Below are positions 30,459-34,926 of a stretch of 34,926 nt of DNA, in pieces (positions within the stretch are counted from its first letter, which is position 1; the number at the start of each line of letters is the position of its first letter). Source of the DNA: Trichomonas gallinae (lineage: Eukaryota); NCBI GenBank assembly GCA_008369845.1, contig MRSU01010563.1, forward strand, positions 1 through 34,926, written 5' to 3'. The position numbers and the translations under genes are program-made. Under the pieces are notes generated by a model that saw nothing but the letters and a program-made list of their open reading frames with translations, was not told the origin of the DNA and searched no databases.

Positions 30459-31424
30459 ATGGATCCTCTTGAAGTGGAGTTCTTCAAAGAGAACAAATTG
30501 GTGTATGAGAAGATGATAGGAGAGGGTGCATTCGGCAAGATATTCCTTGTGTATTCATCCCAATATGAAGAATTCTTTGCATTGAAAAAAGTTCCACAGG
30601 TAATGTTCAACCAAGGCGAAATTGAATGCTTGAAACACATCTGCCAGAAGAATATTATTAATTTGTATAATTATTTCCATTTCAGAGACCATGTTTACTT
30701 ACTTATGGAATATTGTCCAAGAGATCTCAATTATTTCATAAAGCAATCAGAAGAAATCAATCCATTCACTCTTAAGAGACATATTCATGATATTCTTCAA
30801 GCGATAAAAGCATGCCATGACAGGAATATTGCACATCAAGATATTAAACCAAACAATTTCTTGTTAGACAAGTACGGAAGGATCAAAATCTGTGATTTTG
30901 GCTTATCAACAATATACAATGATAATCCTGTATCAAAATCTGCAAAAGGAACATTTTTGTTCATGGCACCTGAGTTATTCAAGAAACATGCCTACAACCC
31001 GATAAAGTCCGACATCTGGGCATTAGGAGTTACATTCTATTTAATGGCGACAAAATCATTACCATTTTATAGCGTAAACCGCCTGACATTTATCGGTCTC
31101 ATTAACACAGGCATGTTTTCTGACCATAAGATAGGCGATCCGATGCTTACAGCCGTCATCAAGAAATGTTTAGATCCAAATCCAGAAACTCGTGCTTCTG
31201 CTGATGAACTGCTCTCAATGCCGTACTTTGAAGAATTCAAATTATTGCCTCTTCAAGAATCAAGAGGTAATTTGAAAACTAAATCTTCTGGTGCGATTAT
31301 CATGAAGCCAGGATATAAAATGAAACCTCACAAATTGCAGGATAGAAACACAACTCCTTTGATGAGGTCTTCTATCCCAATGGCTTTAAGGAAAATGTCG
31401 CAAACATGCGAAAAATTCTTTTAA
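30459..31424 (+). CDS. Ser/Thr protein kinase (trichomonad CAMK-like expansion)
   Basis: GEGAFG, ALKK, HQDIKPNN, DFG, GTFLFMAPE, DIWALG. Confidence 0.95.
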   Translation: MDPLEVEFFKENKLVYEKMIGEGAFGKIFLVYSSQYEEFFALKKVPQVMFNQGEIECLKHICQKNIINLYNYFHFRDHVYLLMEYCPRDLNYFIKQSEEINPFTLKRHIHDILQAIKACHDRNIAHQDIKPNNFLLDKYGRIKICDFGLSTIYNDNPVSKSAKGTFLFMAPELFKKHAYNPIKSDIWALGVTFYLMATKSLPFYSVNRLTFIGLINTGMFSDHKIGDPMLTAVIKKCLDPNPETRASADELLSMPYFEEFKLLPLQESRGNLKTKSSGAIIMKPGYKMKPHKLQDRNTTPLMRSSIPMALRKMSQTCEKFF

Positions 31425-32581
31425 TATCAAAATCTTAGCGAAACTGTATCATGCATTTGTTGTTATACTTGTAAAGTTATATATTCCGGATGATATTTTA
31501 ATTGTTTCTGTTTATATTATTAGAGAAAAATATTATTTTATAATTGAGTCATATAAGTAACATTAATAGATATTAAATGAACAATATACTAATTTTTGAT
31601 GATAGAAAGCCATGGACACAAAAAACAAAAAATATTGATAAAATTAAAAACATAAACAACTAATAAGAATGTAAAATTCTAGCAATATCACTGAATGCAA
31701 TCATTATCTGAAGCATACTTCGTTATATTGAGCATTATATTCAATTGTCGATATATTGAGCATAAAGATGCATTTAACCCAAATGTTTTCTGTTGCTTAT
31801 GCCATAAGTTTTTTCATGGTTAATGCAAAGATTATGTTTGCAATATAACTTTGAGGTCAATCACGTGGTATGAAAATTATTTTTAGGGTCTGACATAATT
31901 ATTTAGTGTATAGCAAACGAATGCCACGCCTGCAACATTTTTCCAGTGTAAGGACGCCTCTATCCCCAATAAATGAGGTGTGCATGAGGAATATATGTGA
32001 TATGTTTGTTAATGATATGATTTCTCCAAAACATGTTTTGAATAACAATTCCGACAGCCATTTATTATATAATATTCATGGTGAGATACCAACCAAGTAG
32101 GTTTTATATGAGATATGGTATGATTTCGATTTCATTGCATGAGAAATATTTACAGAAAATCTGAAAATCAGCCATAATTGTGTAGTGTCTGCCATAAAAT
32201 GATATGGCAGAGATTTAGGACAAAATGATCGAATTATTTTAGCAAATTTTTATTATCATTATTTTGCCAATCTCACTTTAAGAGCAACAAACATATAATC
32301 AAACCTAGTCATTTTTATAATTTTCAAGTGCGGTTGTTATTAATAATTTCGAGTAATTATCTGCGGAATTTTTAGAAACTTTAACTATAGATACCTTATA
32401 TAATAGAAAATCGTATAACGGAATTATTTTCGGTGTAAACACTTTGAAAGAAAACGACCAATGTTGATTATTTTTAAGGATTCATATTTAGCATCCATAA
32501 AAATGAATAAATAAATACAAACAAAAGTTTTTATCCCGAAATCAAAAAATATCAAACATCTAAAATCTAATTATAAACGAC

Positions 32582-33748
32582 TTAGATCTTGTAGATAACT
32601 GTCTTAACGTGCTTCCTGCGCATCTTGATGAGAGCTGGAGTAATAATCTGTACGTTGAGTGATTTACGCCTCCCCGCTTTGATTTGTTCCAAAAGCTCGA
32701 GTTTTGGTAATGGTTCTGTAGCAGATTGGAGTTCCTGCTTGTTGCAGCGGACTGGCTCCTGAAATGTCATCCAATCCAAAAAATACGTCATTTGCTCTCT
32801 CTTTAAGATATTATAGGACACAGTCATTTGATTTGTGTGTCCCAATGATATCTCTTTGATAGCCGCTTCACTCTTGAAGCCAATCTTCTCCATGAAAGCA
32901 TTTAAGACGTCTTGTTTGTACTCGATCTTTTGGAGCTTCTCTGTAACAGTATTATAAGCACGATGGAGCCATGGATGTTCTATGATCTCATCTAGTGTGA
33001 TTCTCTCTTCTGGATCTTTAATGAGTAATTTTTTGATAAGATCTGCACATTCATCTGAGACATGGGCAGGAAAATCGATCTCTTTGTAAATAATCTTTTG
33101 CATGAGTTTAGTCATGTTTAGATCTTGAAATGGAAGATAACCGCATACGATAGCATAGAGTACAATGCCACAGCTCCAGATATCGCTAGAAAAATTATAG
33201 CACTTTCCAACAATCATTTCCGGTGAGGCATAAGCTGGACTCCCGCAGTGTGTGTGTAATAAGCATTCTTTGTCCGCGTAATTAGAGAGACCGAAGTCAA
33301 TAACCCTAATATTATTATGTACATCAAGAAGGATGTTCTCAGCCTTAATATCACGATGCGCTACGTTGCAGTCTTGGTGTAAATGTTTTACAGCTGCAAT
33401 CAACTGTGCAAAAAGAAAAGCTGCTTCCGGCTCTGGGAACTTGCCGAATCTGTTTATAGCAGCTAGGAGTGTTCCTTGTTGGCCATGTTCCATTACAAAA
33501 TAGAAATTTTCTGGAGTTTCAACAACTTCAAACAATTCAGCGATAAATGGGTGCTTGACCATCTTGAGGATATCCATTTCGCGCTGGATACGGACCATTT
33601 GCTTGCCATCTTCGTTATTAGCGTATTTTGGAATAATTTTGATTGCGACATTAGCGCCAGTGAGATTATGCATGCCGTGGTATACCTTCGCGAATGAGCC
33701 TTGTCCAAGGTGGTAGTTAATTGAATAGTTAGCTAATGTTTCTTGCAT
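32582..33748 (-). CDS. CAMK-group (SNF1/AMPK-related) kinase, paralog of 17760-18929
   Basis: GQGSFA, VAIK, HRDIKAEN, DFG, THCGSPAYASPE; shares the RRKSL tail. ATG at 33748 follows a TCATT initiator and aligns with the paralog start. Confidence 0.96.
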   Translation of the reverse strand: MQETLANYSINYHLGQGSFAKVYHGMHNLTGANVAIKIIPKYANNEDGKQMVRIQREMDILKMVKHPFIAELFEVVETPENFYFVMEHGQQGTLLAAINRFGKFPEPEAAFLFAQLIAAVKHLHQDCNVAHRDIKAENILLDVHNNIRVIDFGLSNYADKECLLHTHCGSPAYASPEMIVGKCYNFSSDIWSCGIVLYAIVCGYLPFQDLNMTKLMQKIIYKEIDFPAHVSDECADLIKKLLIKDPEERITLDEIIEHPWLHRAYNTVTEKLQKIEYKQDVLNAFMEKIGFKSEAAIKEISLGHTNQMTVSYNILKREQMTYFLDWMTFQEPVRCNKQELQSATEPLPKLELLEQIKAGRRKSLNVQIITPALIKMRRKHVKTVIYKI

Positions 33749-34840
33749 AGTCCAAATGAATTTTTCAAAGCTAAGAATTGTGAGCAATTTTTGAATGGCA
33801 AACTTAAATCATGAAAAATCCAACTATATATGATAAAATGATGATTGATGAATGAAAATTTCAGCTCTCAATTGGTCCGCAGCATTCAAAAATGAAAAAA
33901 TTGAATAGATATCTGTATTTAGATTGAATATAAAGAAAATATTATCACTCTACATATGATAATTGATTCCTATTTGCAAAAAAAGTTTATAGTACTATGA
34001 AATTGATGAAGAATAGAAAATGTTAAAGTTGCTGGGCTTCAAATTTAGATATCGAGTGAAAAGTGATCTGGGTATGTATCTGATGGAGGTCATTTGTATA
34101 TTTTTAAATTGGTTTAGAAATTATTTGAATCAAACCGTATATAATTGATTGAAAATATTGCATTCATACAGTATTGATTAAAGTACATGTCCATGATTAA
34201 GTTATCAAATGCGGTACTTTCAAAAGTGAAATCGAATTTTTCAAAAGTTTATCGAAATATTGAAAAATTGGAATTCTAAATCACTCAGATATAAATTTAA
34301 TGACCCTAGCCGCAGACATTTTTCTATAATATTCAAAAATCAGGCTTTCAAATTTGTTAGCATTTTTCCCAAATCTAATAAAAGCACTCAATGGTCTATC
34401 ACTAGTAGGATAGTATTAAGTGGCTTTCCCAGATATTCACAAAATGCAATTCAGAATCAAATTTGAATGTTAAGAGAGACTGATATTTGTACATATGCAA
34501 TAGTATTCTACCATAGGATCATTTTCTAAATAACGAGTGTGAACGATATTCTGATAGCAGTTCAATTCATGATTAGATTTTTGAAAGAATAATACAGATT
34601 CTACTATCAAACAGGTTCGATATGATCATTAGTTCACATTTATATAGATAAATTAGGATAAAAGATAATTTTTGCGCTTTTCGATATCTGAACTGGTAAA
34701 TAAAGACAATAAAAAACTATGATTGTTTAAGATATAGCTTATATATCATGTATATAATCAGAGTGCCAAAGAATGGCTAGTTAACTGACGAATCTTTGAA
34801 TCTCGGAAAGCTTCTATTTATGTCTATTCAAATTTTGGAG

Positions 34841-34906
34841 TGCGAGTGAAATTTCACTCTCACTTTTTCACCCACCTTTCAATTTTTGCTCTCACTTTTT
34901 CATCCA
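34841..34906. repeat. 16-bp perfect palindrome plus 14-bp direct repeat
   Basis: GAGTGAAATTTCACTC at 34844-34859; CTCTCACTTTTTCA at 34857 and 34889. Confidence 0.85.
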
Positions 34907-34926
34907 ACACCATTTAATTAAGCAAT

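Noticed and set aside
22860..31860. Possible gene remnants at 22860-23110, 25390-25540, 27600-27750 and 31680-31860 (minus strand)
   Set aside because: Only a few coding-like or ankyrin-like words with many stops; too weak to call without a translated search.
554..33708. Short ORFs overlapping or antisense to real genes (e.g. 554-754, 6466-6756, 14247-14483, 21545-22066, 27049-27372, 33476-33708)
   Set aside because: Shadow frames of longer motif-bearing CDSs with no independent domain signal.
28508..34466. Isolated small ORFs 28508-28786, 31906-32100, 34260-34466 (also 9885-10109)
   Set aside because: Non-ATG starts, no motifs and no hydrophobic tail; expected by chance or as decayed remnants.
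1..34926. Autonomous mobile elements (Maverick, mariner, MULE), rRNA/tRNA genes, CRISPR arrays
   Set aside because: No transposase, integrase or polymerase ORF, no recognisable RNA gene and no regularly spaced repeat-spacer array was seen.

Overview
AT-rich eukaryotic DNA with no obvious introns, very likely from a trichomonad (Trichomonas vaginalis or a close relative). This assignment is inferred from gene content (SH3b-NlpC/P60, BspA-like LRR, DUF3447-ankyrin, expanded CAMK kinases, R2R3 Myb, ALK/LTK-type Gly-rich protein) and from TCA(T/C)(T/A) initiators and repeated AAAAGTGAC motifs. It holds about 13 ordinary genes with a normal ATG, several decayed fragments and two local duplications. 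The main anomaly is a set of six surface-type reading frames from four unrelated domain families. All end in a short hydrophobic C-terminal tail and all lack a usable in-frame ATG at the start of their coding region. They open directly after stop codons, usually 36-50 nt downstream of a TGACA/AAAAGTGACA element, yet five of the six are otherwise intact (up to 809 codons). This could reflect an unusual expression route (non-AUG start, recoding, trans-supplied leader or recombination cassettes) or 5'-biased decay. Other points of interest are an inverted copy of an importin-like coding segment just upstream of its own gene, a GC-rich hairpin with pseudoknot potential, and a recurrent TTAC(A/G)TGTCA(A/G)AT intergenic motif. 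All protein calls come from motif recognition by eye; no searches were run.
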